Origin: Isurus oxyrinchus
Taxonomy: Eukaryota
Length of the DNA stretch: 64,000 bases
Assembly: GCA_026770705.1 (NCBI GenBank)
Contig: JANJGN010000002.1
Location: 53,010,001-53,074,000 of the forward strand
Reading direction: 5' to 3'
Shown: piece after piece, positions 13,991 to 27,560 of the stretch
Numbering within the stretch: the first letter of the stretch is position 1
How the letters are laid out: each line of letters starts with the position of its first letter
Translations under genes and position numbers: made by a program
The notes under the pieces: generated by a model
Told to the model about the DNA's origin: nothing
Databases searched by the model: none
What the model saw: only the letters and a program-made list of their open reading frames with translations

Positions 13991-16067
13991 TACAATAAGG
14001 TAATAGATCATGAAGCCAGCAACAAATTCGTCCCCACCTATACCTTGAAATGACGAGCATTACTAAGTCAAACAATATTGTTCTTTCACTGCTAGGACCA
14101 TTTCTATATTCCAGCTAGAGTGCAACAGCATTAATTTTTGCAGCAGATCACATCCTCCTCCTTCCTACAATGTAAAATAGCTTTGGATATGATCTACCCA
14201 AGGTTAATTCTGAATGCAAATTTATGAATCTCCCCAAGGTCATCATAAAACTGAATCCTTTCAATCAAAGTTGAAACATGCACAAAAACAACTTGGATAT
14301 AACTGGCACAATGTATAGTAATAGTAACCTCAAGAATTAGAAGTACAAAGACTGATCAATACATCTCCCTCATAACCAGCTCCGCAGATTGAGGGACTAC
14401 AATATTTATGCTTTCTTACTCAGAACCATAGCTGCATACAAATGAGAATAGGAAAAAAATACTTTCATTATATAGTGTCTTCAGTGAGTATTGGTCTTGC
14501 AACCTTGAAAGAATCCATCTAAACAGCTGGCCTTCAGTCCCAGTGTTAGGTAGAAAGAAAGCATTTTCTGACTCCAGTCTACCAAAGTTAGAGCATTCCT
14601 TCCCTGGACCTGCTAGCAAATTGACCACCAGTAAGGTACAGCTTTGACTAAAATGTTTCTGCAGCCACTTGTTTGCATTCTACTTCTTATTTCAAAGTTT
14701 CTTAATTTGAATTTTGCAGATTGAAGTTGAAATCTTCCTCCCGTATTATTTAATTAAAACTGAACAATGGAACTTTGCCAAACACAAAAAACTGCTTTGA
14801 ATTAAGAGGAATCTGGGCTATTCTAAAATCCTAGAAAGTGGATTGGCAGGAGGAATAATGCTGCAGGTTCAGCAGGCAATGTCTGGATTTTCACATTTCC
14901 AAAGTGAGTTTCAGTGCTCAAAATTATGGTCCAAATTAATATTGACCTTTAAATACATACGTTAATAGTTGCTGCAGACTCTCCTATTTAAAAATAGAGA
15001 AAACAATTAGGAATTAAAATCCATTCAAAATGCATCATATCTACATTCTTTTCAAAATAACAGCTCCAAGTTTACTTCCTGCAATCAAAGATCGAGGAAG
15101 GCTTCCAGAGACGCTGGAGTCTACAAATATAATGTGGTCTTTAAGGTGAACAGCTATATGGAAAAAGGTTAAAGGAACAGCAAAACATTGTTCTAAACTT
15201 GCATGACTTGAACTGACCTCTTGCTGATGTCACCACTTTAACACCAAAAGGAAGGGGGTTTGGTGCCAAAAATGACAGCTAAATATTAATAAAAGCCCAA
15301 ACCATTCTACAGCTTTCATTGTCAGTAGCATGGTTTACCTTTACTGAAACTGAAGTTGTCACACAGCTGCTAAGTCTCAGCCTGCATAACCCTACAGAAA
15401 CACAGGACACACATGATCTGCACATAAACTAAACAAACAGATGGTTTGCTTTCCTGATTTTCTGTACACTGACCTCTTGATCAAAGGCTGGAGTGCAAGT
15501 AGCACAGAAATAAATTGGACCACTTTAAAATCAAGATCAAACACCTATTCTAACATCCAAAATGAAAAACTAGATTTAAAATTGCCATTTTCATTTATGG
15601 CAATATTTCTCTAAGGTGATGTCGAACACAACAGAACAATCGCAAGGGTGAGAGCTGTCATTTTAGACACCTGTTACAAGATGTTAGTAACTGCCCTTCA
15701 TGATAGATATAGCTGATGGTTCTCAATGACCATCATCACATTGTACACCTTGGTGATCCATACAACAGATTACTACAGTCCTACAACCACACTCAACAAC
15801 ACACTCTGACTCAGGTCTTTTGGACACCTCTTGTCCTCCATCACCATTTCTTTCACCTTACCACTGACCACCATGCCATCAGTCAGCTTGGACCTATTCT
15901 CTAGAATTCCCTTACCTCTTCATTTCATCTCTCTCCTTTCAGATCCTCCTTAAAACTCACCTCCAAGATTTCTCTCCCATTATCAACTACATTTTTACAA
16001 AATGTTTCAGATTGTTTTCTCTTTACCAAAATTACTTTTACAAAAACGAGGCATCAACAGTATATAC

Positions 16068-16183
16068 CTTAAAGAAATCTTCAAGCGGTTTGCTGTTATA
16101 CAAGGCTGGGATATTAGCAGAGAACTGTAGGAGGTCTTCAGCACATTGTCTTCTTTCTTCAATCACAGTCTCATCAAAACGAC
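16068..16183 (-). CDS. RPS6KC1: RPS6KC1 coding exon 4 (PX domain end)
   Basis: ttgcag|GT CGT...AAG|gtatat; 116 nt; (G)RFDETVIEERRQCAEDLLQFSANIPALYNSKPLEDFFK; phase matches exon 3. Confidence 0.95.
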
Positions 16184-16287
16184 CTGCAACCAAATATGTA
16201 GTTATCATATTTTTTCCTAGTTTTATTTCACCTATAATTATAATGACTGCCCATTTTCCTCTCATAGCATCAAACATTCAACAGAAA

Positions 16288-17023
16288 GGGCAGGGTTTTT
16301 CAGGTGGCGGGGTTTCCCACCCCGGCACTCAGAGTCGACAGAGAACACATCCCTGCCAATACTTGCTGTCCCACAGTCATTTTAAGGCTTGTCAAAGCAT
16401 TAATTGGCTAAGGGCAAGACATCCGGCCCCATCTGGGAAGGAAATCCTAATTTTGGAGAGCTATCCAATTGGCCAGCAGCTCTGTAGTCCCAGTAGCACC
16501 TGGTTTGACTGGTGGCCGCTACTTGGACTGCAGGCAGTCCCCAAAGAAGAAGAGGTGTTTATGGAGGCCTGGCTTCAGGCAAGTCCGGGGTATCAGCCCA
16601 GCAACAGGGAGCGAGGGGGAGGGGGGATGCAAGTTGGGTGTGGGAGCTAAATTTGAGAGCCGGGGGGGGAAGATTGACAAGGGCACATGTCCTTTTTAGG
16701 GCTGCATCCAATGGGCACAGGGGCCTCCCAAATGAGTTGATCACCCTCTTGCCCGACATCTGCTCGTGCAGTAAAAGCCGCTGTGCTACTCCCACCTGGC
16801 GAGGGTCTCCACCTGCCACTTTAAAATAGCAGCTGGGGTAGGCTGAGGCACTTAAGTCGCCACTAAATTGACCTCAAGGGCCAGCCCACTGCCTCCACTG
16901 ACCCCGATAAATTGGGACATAGGTCAGGGCAGGCAGATAGACAATGGATAGACCATGCGTTCTATTTTACAAGCCTCCATCCTGCCTTCAAACTTCCTGG
17001 CAGTGGACTGTAAAATTCTGCCC
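16288..17023. mobile_element. PIF/Harbinger-type MITE
   Basis: TIRs GGGCAGGGTTTT / AAAATTCTGCCC with TSD AAA/AAA; about 100 bp from the exon 4 acceptor. Confidence 0.8.
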
Positions 17024-17989
17024 AAAGCTTGTTTTTTAAATAAATCAGCACACACTTTACAGAGCACATCCTTAAATACAAACTTGAGTGAAATGATTCA
17101 AATCCATTCATTGATTTTATTTGGACTAGATTTATTAGTCACAGGCTCTGCTGTGCTTTAGTCCAGTCAGCACAAACATAAAATATCATCAATTGACACA
17201 GGCCACCATATTCGGAAAGAAATGGCTGGTTTACATGACTAAATAGTACATCAACCTCAATATTAATTCTATTGTTGCAGTAGACTGCAAGCTGTGGATA
17301 GTGCACAGCAAATCACAACAATCATATAAATTTTTAAAAATCATTATAATCCCAACATAATGAGACAAATCAAAATGGGTTACGTTACATTATTTTCTTC
17401 ATGCTGACTACTATTATTTAGTTGAGACATATAACCTACTACCAAAATAAGTTGCATACCTCATAGCCCTGAAGGGATGATGGGGCGAGTTTATTTGAGA
17501 AGGGGTAAATGGGAAAACTCTGAAGCTAATCTTTACAATAGCGCATAGAAAGTCTTTATCAATTAGTGGGGCAAGCAAATGGAATATTAGTTTTGCATCT
17601 TATTCACTGAAAGCACATTTCCCCCACCCCCAGACACCAACATGGAATGTCCTAACTGTTCCGAGGACAGGTACACTGGTCCCTGGATAGGCCACAAGAC
17701 AAGACACTTTCAACAAGTGAACTGAAAAACAAGACTGTAAAACATAGTCAAAGAATACCAGAATTATTCAATTCTCCACAGCAATTGCAAAAAGATTAAA
17801 GACAGGTCCTGATGTACTCATTGTCAAAAGTATCCCAGTGTCTGACGTGGAAGTCACTTAGAATACTAACAAAAATAAATGATAAACAAATTGTCAGAAA
17901 ATGATTGACATGCTCGTGAATAAACAGAAACAGTTTGCAACTTTTTAAAGTTTCTAAGTTATTCACTTTCATGAGTTGCATTCGTGAGT

Positions 17990-18160
17990 GCATAACTCCA
18001 TTATTGAGTATACTCAAGGCTGAGAAAGGCAGATTTTTGATCCCTCAAGGGATAGGAGACCAGGTGGGAAACTGGAAATTTGGCGGAACATCAGCAATGA
18101 TCGTACTAAAGAGTAGAGCAGGCTTGAGGGACCGTATGGTCTACTATTTCTTATGTTCTG
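17990..18160 (+). mobile_element. CR1 3' UTR fragment
   Basis: attgagtatactcaaggctgag...cagatttttg matches the tail of the CR1 at 23500-23670. Confidence 0.65.
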
Positions 18161-18453
18161 AGTCAGATGGCTAAAGGTTCAAGTCCTACTCCAGGTATTG
18201 AGCACACAACCTAAGCTAACACCTCAGCGCAATACCGAGGGAGCACCGCACTGCTGAAGATATGGCCTTTCAAAAATCATGGCCCTGCCCTTGGCACTAC
18301 TTGAAGAACAGCAAGTCAGTTCTAATGGTGTCACGAACAATTATCCCTCAATCAACACCCCATTTAAAAATAATTAACTGGTCATTATCTGAGTGTTATT
18401 TGCTTGTTGTTGGGACTTTGCTGTAGAAAACTAGCTGACACAACAGAGACTAC

Positions 18454-19129
18454 AGGCAGAATCTTGCCCGGTCACATGGAGGTGAGGAGGAGCGTAGGAC
18501 ATCAGGTAATTGGGACAAGTTTCCGCCTGTGGCCAATACTGCTGGAAACTGGATAGAAGGGGCAAAGGACTACCCACCCAGTCACAGCAGTTAGCCAATC
18601 TGCACATGTATTTAAGTGCCCAATTGTAGGCAGATTGGGGACCCGGATGGGATTTTCCCGGTGGCAAAGGGGGCCTCCACTGGAGGCAGCTTACAGATAG
18701 ATGGCCTGCAAGGCCTCTGACACCTCCACCCACCCTCTCCACCCCCCACATGGTTCTGCATGGTTCAGCAGGCCGCAGTTGCAGGTCATCCTGTGGAGGG
18801 GTTCCTCCACACAGATGGTGGCCTGGGTAACTGTGGTCCATAGGTAATTTTTATAAAATTGTGAAGTCTTCAGAGGGCACCTCAAGATGGAGGCGCCCAA
18901 GTGGTCCACCTCCTACAGCGTCAGCACCCACCTCTGCCAGTGGGGCTGCAATCTGCCTTCTGATTGGAGGGCCTGAGGCCTCAGGAACCCGTCTGCCATC
19001 TCCAAACTGGATTGGGGATGCCACTTCCTGGAAGATCGTGCAAGAGGGTGCAATACCAGCAAGCGTGGGGTGGGGACTCGAGAATGGTTTCAACCTGTGA
19101 TCATCTTTAAAGCAGTAAAGATTCCACCC
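18454..19129. mobile_element. PIF/Harbinger-type MITE nested in a SINE
   Basis: TIRs AGGCAGAATCTT / AAGATTCCACCC with TSD TAC/TAC. It splits a tRNA-derived SINE (about 18160-18453 and 19130-19210). Confidence 0.8.
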
Positions 19130-19634
19130 TACCCTTTAGAAGTAAACCATTGACTCTAAAGCTGCTGAGGACATCCTGAGGACATGAAAAGTTGCATGTA
19201 AGTTTTGCTTCTCTAACAAAGACCTCTTTATCTATTCCCCTCACCCACACCAAACTGTTTTGTCTGTTGTATTTTCTCATATGGTCATATCCTTAGGAAC
19301 CACACAGCTTACCTGCTGTATGTGTCAGCATATAAAGAGTCATTGCCATCTGTTGCTCTATATCCAAACATCTAGCTACTGAATCTGTTCATCACACTTT
19401 AATTTTCCCTCTTTCTAGGTCTGATCTCTTTGCCCCCACCCCACCCCCCCCTCACCAACTAAAACCTTGGTTAATTTCTCCCCCCATTACCTAGCTACCT
19501 TACCTAGATGGATATTGATATCAGTTCAATTCAAATGAAGTCTCTTCCTTTTGTACCACTTCTTCCGGCTCTAGATTGTGCCCTAAAGACCGAAGAACGT
19601 GAAGCCTTCCTTTCTACACCATCTTTCCAGGAGG

Positions 19635-20008
19635 GTGTCAGCCTCTTTCAGCAGTACCATGGTCGCCTGAGTGAAGGATGTGGATTCAAGTACCACTTCA
19701 GAGACTTGAACACAAATTCGAGACTGACACTGGAGTGTAGCATTGACAGAGTTCTGTGTTGTCAAAGGTGCAACGTGTTGGTTAAGATAATAAATCCCCT
19801 GTTCGCGCTCTCAGTTGGGTGTACAAAATCCAATGACACAGTTTGAACAGAAACAAGGGAATTTGGCTTGATGTCCCTGCCAATATTTACCCCTCAATCA
19901 ACATCACTAAAACAGATTATTTAGTCATTACATAATGCTGGTTATGGAGCTTGCTGTGCATATAATGGCTGCCCCATTCCCTATATTACAGTTGCAGTTA
20001 CTATACTG
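19635..20008 (+). mobile_element. tRNA-derived SINE (DeuSINE-like)
   Basis: B-box-like ggattcaagtacc; body ccctcaatcaacatcactaaaacagattat and cttgctgtgc...atggctgcc. Related copies at about 13100-13460, 18160-18450, 31670-32750 (minus) and 41380-41550. Confidence 0.65.
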
Positions 20009-20288
20009 AAATTCAGAGAAAGTTCACTAGGCTGATTCCTGGGATGGAGGAGTTTCTATTATGAGGAAAGGTTGAACAGGTTGGGCCTGTACTCATTGGA
20101 GTTCAGAAGAATGAGAGGTGGTCTCATTGAAACGTACAAGATACTCAGGGGGATCAACAGCATGGATGTTGAGAGGATGTTTCCTCTCATGGGGAAATCA
20201 AGAACTAGGGGGAACTGTTTTAAAATAAGGGGTCTCTCATTTAATACAAGATGAGGAGGAATTTCCTTTCTCAGAGGCTTGTTAAAGT

Positions 20289-20440
20289 GAGGATGACCAA
20301 CTCTGGGAGAAAGAAGGAAGGGACTCTTGTTCAGGGGACAGGGGGAGTTATGCTGAAGAAAAACCGGAGAAATGGAAGAGATGCTGATGAGATGCAGGGT
20401 GGGTGGGCAGAGTGGTGAAAAGACCAGAGGAATGGTGGGT

Positions 20441-20472
<32 letters not shown>

Positions 20473-21116
20473 CGGGGGCGTTGTTGGCTGAAGATCACCA
20501 GCCCCAACAACCCTCCCTCTCAGGCATGGGCATGCCTACCCCCACCAACCCCTCTGGAGAGGTGACCGAAGCCCTCCAGCCCCCCAACCCGCTCACAGGA
20601 CTGCCCAGAGCCGCCACTTACATCTGTCCAGAGCTCTCCACCACCCCAAACCCTCAGGCCTGCCTGGAGCCCTCCACCCAACCTTCAGGCCTGCCAAACA
20701 CCTCTATCCTCCTCTCAGGTCTGCTGACAGCCCATCACCTCCCAACTCCCCCCTCCCGACTCCCACCCGCCGCAGGCCTGCCCAGATTCAACTCTTCTCA
20801 GGCCAGCTGGAAACCCCTGGGCCTGTTACAGACTCAACCCCTGGACTCGAGGCTCAGAGTGCTGCCACCGCTGGAACCCCCCCACTATCAGGAACCCCCC
20901 AATCACACCTGCCCAAAGCCAGGAAACTGTCAGAAAGAAGAGCGCCGGTCAGTACTGTTGCTCACTCGTGGCTGGCTCTGGAGACACACAGTCTCTTCAC
21001 TTGCTGCCAAAGGAATCCTGGAAAAATTCTGCCCCCAGAAGGCAATGCCCAGGATGCAGGACAGGAAGCCAAATTCCAGGACAATCTTGGAAAATCCAGG
21101 ATTGTTAGTCACCCTG
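20289..21116. mobile_element. hAT (Blackjack-like) non-autonomous element
   Basis: Degenerate TIRs GAGGATGACCAAC / GTTAGTCACCCTG (consensus-like CAGGGTGACCA); 8-bp TSD gttaaagt/gttactgt (6/8 match). Confidence 0.65.
20441..20472 (+). repeat. Poly-G homopolymer (32 nt)
   Basis: Read directly from the sequence. Confidence 0.9.
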
Positions 21117-21732
21117 GTTACTGTTTGAAATTCTCTTCCCCAAAGAGCAATGAAGGCTTGGTCATTGAATATACTCAAGGCTGAGATGGGCAGATTTTTG
21201 ATCTACAAGGGAGTCAAATGTTATAGGGGGGGCATGGAGGAAAATAGAGTTAAGGTTACAGTCAAATCAGCCATTATCTTATTGAATGGTGCAGCAGGCT
21301 CGAGGGGCTGAATGATTTATTAAGAACATCAATGATAGGAAGTCAATTACAGTACTTTAAAAAGTATTTAAATGACTGCAAAGCATCTGGACTTCTCAAG
21401 GGCAATGAAAGGTCATATATAAATGCAGGTTATTTAACTCTTTTTGCATGCTGCCACATCTAATTTATTTCTCTCACATATCCAGTACATGACAACAGGG
21501 CTAATACGATCCTTGTAGTCTTGCATTTTAGTCTAGAGCCTAACTCAACAAACTGTCTCTCTAAAAAGTCTACATTTCTCTTACAAAGTCTCTTTCCCAC
21601 CCAAGTGTATCCTTCCTAAACTACAACTACTTGTTGGTATCCCTCCCTTCTTGAGAAACTCATTCAAGTGTTTCACTCCATCCTTTATGCTAGCACTTTG
21701 GAGATGCCTTTAGGGATCCCTAGTCAAGCCCA

Positions 21733-23670
21733 GTGGGAAACCAGGGGATTGGGAAGCCTACAAAGACCAATAGAGGACAACTAAAAAAGAAATAAGGAGG
21801 GAGGAGATTAGATATGAGGGTAAACTAGCCAGTAATATAAAAGAAGATTGCAAGATTTTTTTAGATATATAAAGGGTAAGAGAGAGGCAAAAGTGGACAT
21901 TGGGCTGCTGGAAAATGACGCTGGAGAAGTAATAGTGGGGAACAAAGAAATGGCGGAGGAACTGAATAGGTACTTTGCGTCAGTCTTCACAGTGGAAGAC
22001 ACGAGTGACATCCCCAAAGTTCAAGAGAGTCGGGGGGCAGAGGTGAGTATGGTGGCCATTACCAAGGAGAAGGTGCTAGGAAAACTGAAAGGTCTGAAGG
22101 TGCATAAATCACCTGGACCAGATGGATTACACCCCACAGTTCTGAAGGAGATAGCTGAAGAGGTAGTGGAGGCGTTAGTGGTGATCTTTCAGGAATCACT
22201 GGAGTCAGGGAGAGTCCCAGAGGACTGGAAAATTGCTAATGTAACCCCCATGTTTAAGAAGGGAGTGAAGCAAAAGACGGGAAATTACAGGCCGATTAGC
22301 TTGACCTCGGTCGTTGGTAGGATTTTAGAGTCCATTATTAAGGATCAGAATACTTGGAAGTGCATGGTAAAATCGGGCAAAGTCAGCATGGTTTCATCAA
22401 GGGGAGGTCATGCCTGACAAACCTGTTAGAATTCTTTGAGGAGGTAATGAGTAGGTTAGACAAAGGAGAGCCAATGGATGTTATTTACTTGGACTTTCAG
22501 AAGGCCTTTGACAAGGTGCCGCACAGGAGGCTGCTCAGTAAGATAAAAGCCCATGGTGTTAGAGGCAAGGTACAAGCATGGATAGAAGATTGGCTGCCTG
22601 GCAGGAGGCAGAGAGTGGGGATAAGGGGGTCCTTCTAAGGTTGGCGGCCGGTGACTGGTGGAGTTCCGCAGGGGTCAGTGTTGGGACCACAACTTTCCAC
22701 TTTATACATTAATGATCTAGATGAAGGAACTGAGGGCATCCTGGCTAAGCTTGCAGATGATACAAAGATAGGTGGAGGGACAGGTAGTATTAAGGAGGCA
22801 GGGAGGCTGCAGAAGGATTTGGACAGGGTAGGAGAATGGGCAAAGAAGTGACAGATGCAATACAATGTGGGGAAGTGTGAGGTCATGCACTTTGGTAGGA
22901 AGAATAGAGGCATAGACTATTTTCTAAATGGGGAGAGAATTCAGAAATCTGGAGTGCAAAGGGCCTTGGGAGTCCTATTCCAGGATTCTCTTAAGGTTAA
23001 CTTGCAAGTTGAGTCAGTAGTTAGGAAGGCAAATGCAATGTTGGCATTTATTTCACGAGGACTAGAATATAAAAGCAGGGATGTGCTGCTGATGCTTTAT
23101 AAGGCTCTAGTCAGACCACATTTAGAATATTGTGAGCAATTTTGGGCCCCGTATCTCAGGAAGGATGTGCTGGCCCTGGAGAGGGTCCAGAGGTGGTTCA
23201 CGAGAAGGATCCCAGGAATGAAAGGCTTAACATAAGAGGAACGTTTGAGGACTCTGGGTCTATACTCGATGGAGTTTAGAAGGATGAGGGGGGATCTGAT
23301 TGAAACTTACAGAATACTGAAAGGCCTGGATACAGTGGATATGGGGAAGATGTTTCCATTAGTAGGAGAGACAAGGACCCGAGGGCACAGCCTCAGAGTA
23401 AAGGGAAGACCTTTTAGAACAGAGATGGAGAAACCTCTTTAGCCAGAGAGTGGTGAATCTATGGAATTCATTGCCACAGAAGGCTGTGGAGGCCAGGTCA
23501 TTGAGTGTATTTAAGACCGAGATAGATAGGTTCTTGATTGGTAAGGGGATCAAAGGTTACGGGGAGAAGGCGGGAGAATGGGGTTGAGAAACTTATCAGC
23601 CATGATTGAATGGCACAGCAGACTCAATGGGCTGATTGGCCTAATTTTTGCTCCTATGTCTTATGGTCAT
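21733..23670 (+). mobile_element. 5'-truncated CR1 LINE, ORF2 reverse transcriptase (disrupted)
   Basis: KSPGPDGLHP, NYRPISLTS, SQHGFIKGRSCLTNL, YLDFQKAFDKVPH, GVPQGSVLGP, LADDTK, VRPHLEYC; several stops and frameshifts; CR1 tail gctcctatgtcttatgg. Confidence 0.95.
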
Positions 23671-23963
23671 AGCAGCAAATAGTCCATCTACACCCCTAAT
23701 TATAGAATTGTTCACAACTACAGTTCTCCTATTCCATTTGCTGTCTTTATTTGTCCCTCATAGGTAACCCCTCATGATACAATGGTGTTAATCTTGGTTC
23801 ATTTCACTGTATCTCCATGCTTGTGCTCATGACAGAGAACTAAAGATGGAAGGACTGAAGAGGGGATACCTGTTCAACAATTCCAAACTGATCAGAGTTT
23901 TCTGTAAAGCCCTCCTGTCCCCTCCTCCTCCAGTGTCATTCATTTTACTTCCTCTGTTTCACT

Positions 23964-24517
23964 GGATAGAAGTTTCTCCCTTCGAGGGGGTTGTGCAGGG
24001 GTGGTCACGGACACCATCGGGTCCACGCTGCCATTTTATGTGATGCTTGCCCAGAAGCGCTGTGTGCTCCCTGTGTGGGCGGGCGGGAGTTCCCTGAGTC
24101 GTGAGTGCACAGAGGTACCTCAGGGAGATTAGTTTTAAGTTTTAACAGTTCAATAAAGTGTTGTATAAATTTCTATGACATGTCCCCTCATGTGAAACTG
24201 TCACATGAGCTGGGACATGTGCATTAATTTTAATAATTTTTTCTGAAAATTTTAAATCATTCATGAAATCTCATCCCACCCATGGATGAGGTTCCATGAA
24301 AAATGCGAAAGCCGCCCAGGCCCTTCGTCTGCCCGCCAACCTTAAGGACGGGCAGCTTTCTCAATAGGCTTAATTAGTTCATTAATGCTGCGCGCTGGCC
24401 GAACTGAAAATCTAAATGATGCGCGGTGATGTCGAGACACACCTGACATCACTCTGCATCATTTTAAGCCTTGGCGATCTGGCTCCGCCTCCACTCACCG
24501 AGCCAAAGATTCAGCCC
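23964..24517. mobile_element. PIF/Harbinger-type MITE
   Basis: TIRs GGATAGAAGTTT / AAGATTCAGCCC with TSD ACT/ACT; internal similarity to 29768-30410. Confidence 0.8.
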
Positions 24518-26957
24518 ACTATTTCTATTTGTGGGTTCAACACCTTCTGGAATGGGTCTTTCAGAAATCTTTCCTCCCCACATATGTTTCAAATGTAGCC
24601 AACTGGTCCTCAAGCTCAGTTATTCCCTTGCTCAAAGAACACAACTTTTCAATGCTTCACGTGTGAACATTCATTCTGGAATTTCAACAGGTTCAGGATA
24701 TTTCAAATCTTACTTGTCACACAAATCATAAGAGCACCACTTGCTCGTCATTACTAAACTCAGTTTCTTTCCTCTCTAGATTTAAAATTAAAGAATTAAT
24801 TCTCACATATCTGCCTGGTCTTGCACTTGGTCTCAGTGCTTAACTTCTGTTCTCTCATGCAAAGCTCACAATCAGCACCTTACACAGTTGGCTTCTCACA
24901 ACTAACAGGTTTGTTACATAAAATAGATTTCTCATGGCAAATGGCTCAATGTTTGTGTTTGAACTGATGCTGACGTTCAATCTCGTTACAAGTCTAAGTG
25001 TGGTGCAAATCATACAATACTCCAACCAGGAAAGGAAAAAATTGGCAAAAATTAATTATATGCATTAAAGAAGGAATTGTTTGACTACTTGGATCCTAAC
25101 TGTTTCCATCAGCAACAGGAATTTCCCCCCAAAACGGTTTATGAACTATGGCCAATTATGGCCAACAGTTGACTGCTGGAAATTCAGAACCCACAAAGGC
25201 ATTGCTGGCAATTTTAGGGGCAGTCAACTCAAATGAAATCATTACTGTAAATCAATAATCAAATTGGTTGTTCTGGAATCAAATCACTGATTCCAACAAT
25301 GACATATAGCTCCTTTAATCCTTGAGGGACTGCATTTGGGTCACAAATGCAGTCGTTTAAAAAAAGGTTTGGAATTAGTCACAACTGATTGTGTGTTATT
25401 CACAATATTGCCCTTAAATTTTCTCAGTCAGGATACCACATTCAACTGAATATATGAAGCAGCACTATACTCAAATCTCAAAACTGGAGATATAAAATAT
25501 GGTCACAAACAACATTTATTAAAAGCTAAAGCTATCTTGTCAAGGCACATAATGTACTGAGCTTCTTAAAAACAAAAGCTGTGTATCATGGCAAATAAGC
25601 CAACCCAACATACAAGACAACCCTATTTTCACAGCCCCAGAAATTATATTTTTCATGTACTCAGCATATATGGCACACCTGCTTTCAGCTACAACATGCT
25701 ATACTCAGCAGTCAGTTTCAATTTTTCACTCCACAATTGCATGTTTTACTTACCTTATAACTGGGTGAAAGGATCAAGCAGGCGATAAGGGCTGTGTTGC
25801 AAAGCATTTGTTGCTATGGGGAATTTTGCATCAGATGCTAATGACTTTTCAAAATGGCAACCACTACACCCACACCGATGGTTCACTTTTATACTTGGCA
25901 TATAAGTCGACCCTGGTTTTTGAAGGGATTTTGGGGCTTCAAAGGTCGACATATGCCAACATTCATCCCAATAATAGGTTTTTCATCCATTCAGCCAAGC
26001 TCATCAATATCAGATAACGTTAATCAGTTTTTACACTAACCTGAAATGTGTCAATTTTTAAAACTGGCATTCTGCGGGTGAACAAATACGTTAAAGCAAT
26101 TTTAACTCGTAATTTCGCTGCATCAGTACATTATATTTAGTACAAAACAGAAGATGTGAACTGTGATAAATTGCTTTGTTCATTAATAAAGTTGCTTTGC
26201 AAGTTTTCTAATGATTATTCATTTCTGGAATTGGAATCACTATTGATTTATCAAAAGGAGAAAAGCATAAACCATCTCACTTAAGTAGGCTGTTGCACCC
26301 TTAAACCATAAATGAAGTATACTAAGATTTGATTATCATAGGATGCTGATTAATGATAATGCAGGCATACCAGTTACTGGGTCAAAGTGGGAAGACATTA
26401 GATTGAATGCAGCGCTGCAGCTTTCAAGTACAGTTCTCTCAAAGCACTGACACAATTGCAACAAACCACAAACTAGCAAAAGGGTGTTGAACCTGCAAGC
26501 AATGGTTATTTATCCTTCAAGTGGAAAAAATTAATGGGCAGATTAGATAAGAGAAAACATTACACCAAAACCGTAGTGTACTTCAAATTGTTACTTGGAA
26601 CCATTTCTACCTTACAACACTTTACCTTCGTTTAGGAAAATAGGTTTAAGTCAAGAATTCAAAACAATTAACAGCTATTCAAAAATCTTTATTTAAATTA
26701 GAAAGACGGAGGGGGAAAAAAGGAAGTTACAATGTGACTTTGAACAGTACAACTTACACAATCCTTTATTTAAGCACAAAACTATTTTTTATAATGGATA
26801 CATACAGTGTCTTGGAACACTATGTATGGCCTCATTCATTCTATTGGTTTATTATTGAACACTATGATCGCATTGATCTGACTTTAATTAAATTTTCAGA
26901 CCAAGCAAGTGGGAATTGATTTTTGTATCTTAAACATTAGCAGTCATTACAACGATG

Positions 26958-27560
26958 ATAAAAACAAAAAACTGCGGATGCTGGAAATCCAAAACAAAAA
27001 CAGAATTACCTGGAAAAACTCAGCAGGCCTGGCAGCATCGGCGGAGAAGAATCAAGTTGACTTTTTGAGTCCTCATGACCCTTCAACAGAACTAAGTAAA
27101 AATAGGAGAGGGGTGAAATATAAGCTGGATTAAGGTGGTGGGGGGGAGGTGGGGGGAGAGAAGTTGGGGGGGTGGTTGTAGGGACAAGCAAGCAGTGTTG
27201 GGGGAAGATAATCAAAAGATGTCACAGACAAAAGAACAAAGAGGTGTTGAAGGTGGTGATATTATCTAAAAGAATGCTAATTAAGAATGGATTGCAGGAC
27301 ACGCAAGGTACAGCTCTAGTGGGAGTGGGATGAAATAAGACTAAAAGGGCATAAAAGGTATAGATTTAAAAATAAAGGAAATAGGTGGGAAAAGAAAAAT
27401 CTATATAAATTATTGGAAAAAACAAAAGGGAGGGGGAAGAAACGGAAAGGGGGTGGGGATGGAGGAGGGAGTTCAAGGTCTAAAGTTGTTGAACTCAATA
27501 TTCAGTCTGGAAAGCTGTAAAGTGCCTAGTCAGAAGATGAGGTGCTGTTCCTCCAGTTGG
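26958..27560 (-). mobile_element. Penelope-like element 3' fragment
   Basis: End of GIY-YIG ORF (EEQHLIF...LGTLQ...LNIEFNNFR-like, about 27478-27558), 3' UTR and degenerate hammerhead at about 27052-27093; parallels 42025-42640. Confidence 0.85.

Larger units (their letters stand above)
20009..21320 (+). mobile_element. CR1 3' fragment split by a DNA transposon
   Basis: LGLYSLEFRRMRGGLIETYKIL...SRTRG peptide at 20072-20254; CR1 sequence resumes at about 21117. Confidence 0.85.

Noticed and set aside
16012-16650. 212-aa plus-strand ORF
   Set aside because: Antisense shadow of RPS6KC1 exon 4 running into a GC-rich MITE; no recognisable domain.
20403-21128. 241-aa ORF, the longest in the track
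   Set aside because: GTG start, poly-Gly from a G homopolymer, Pro-rich low complexity, lying almost entirely within a TIR-bounded MITE.
21848-23442. Functional reverse transcriptase gene
   Set aside because: 5'-truncated, lacks the endonuclease, and has a frameshift plus several in-frame stops.
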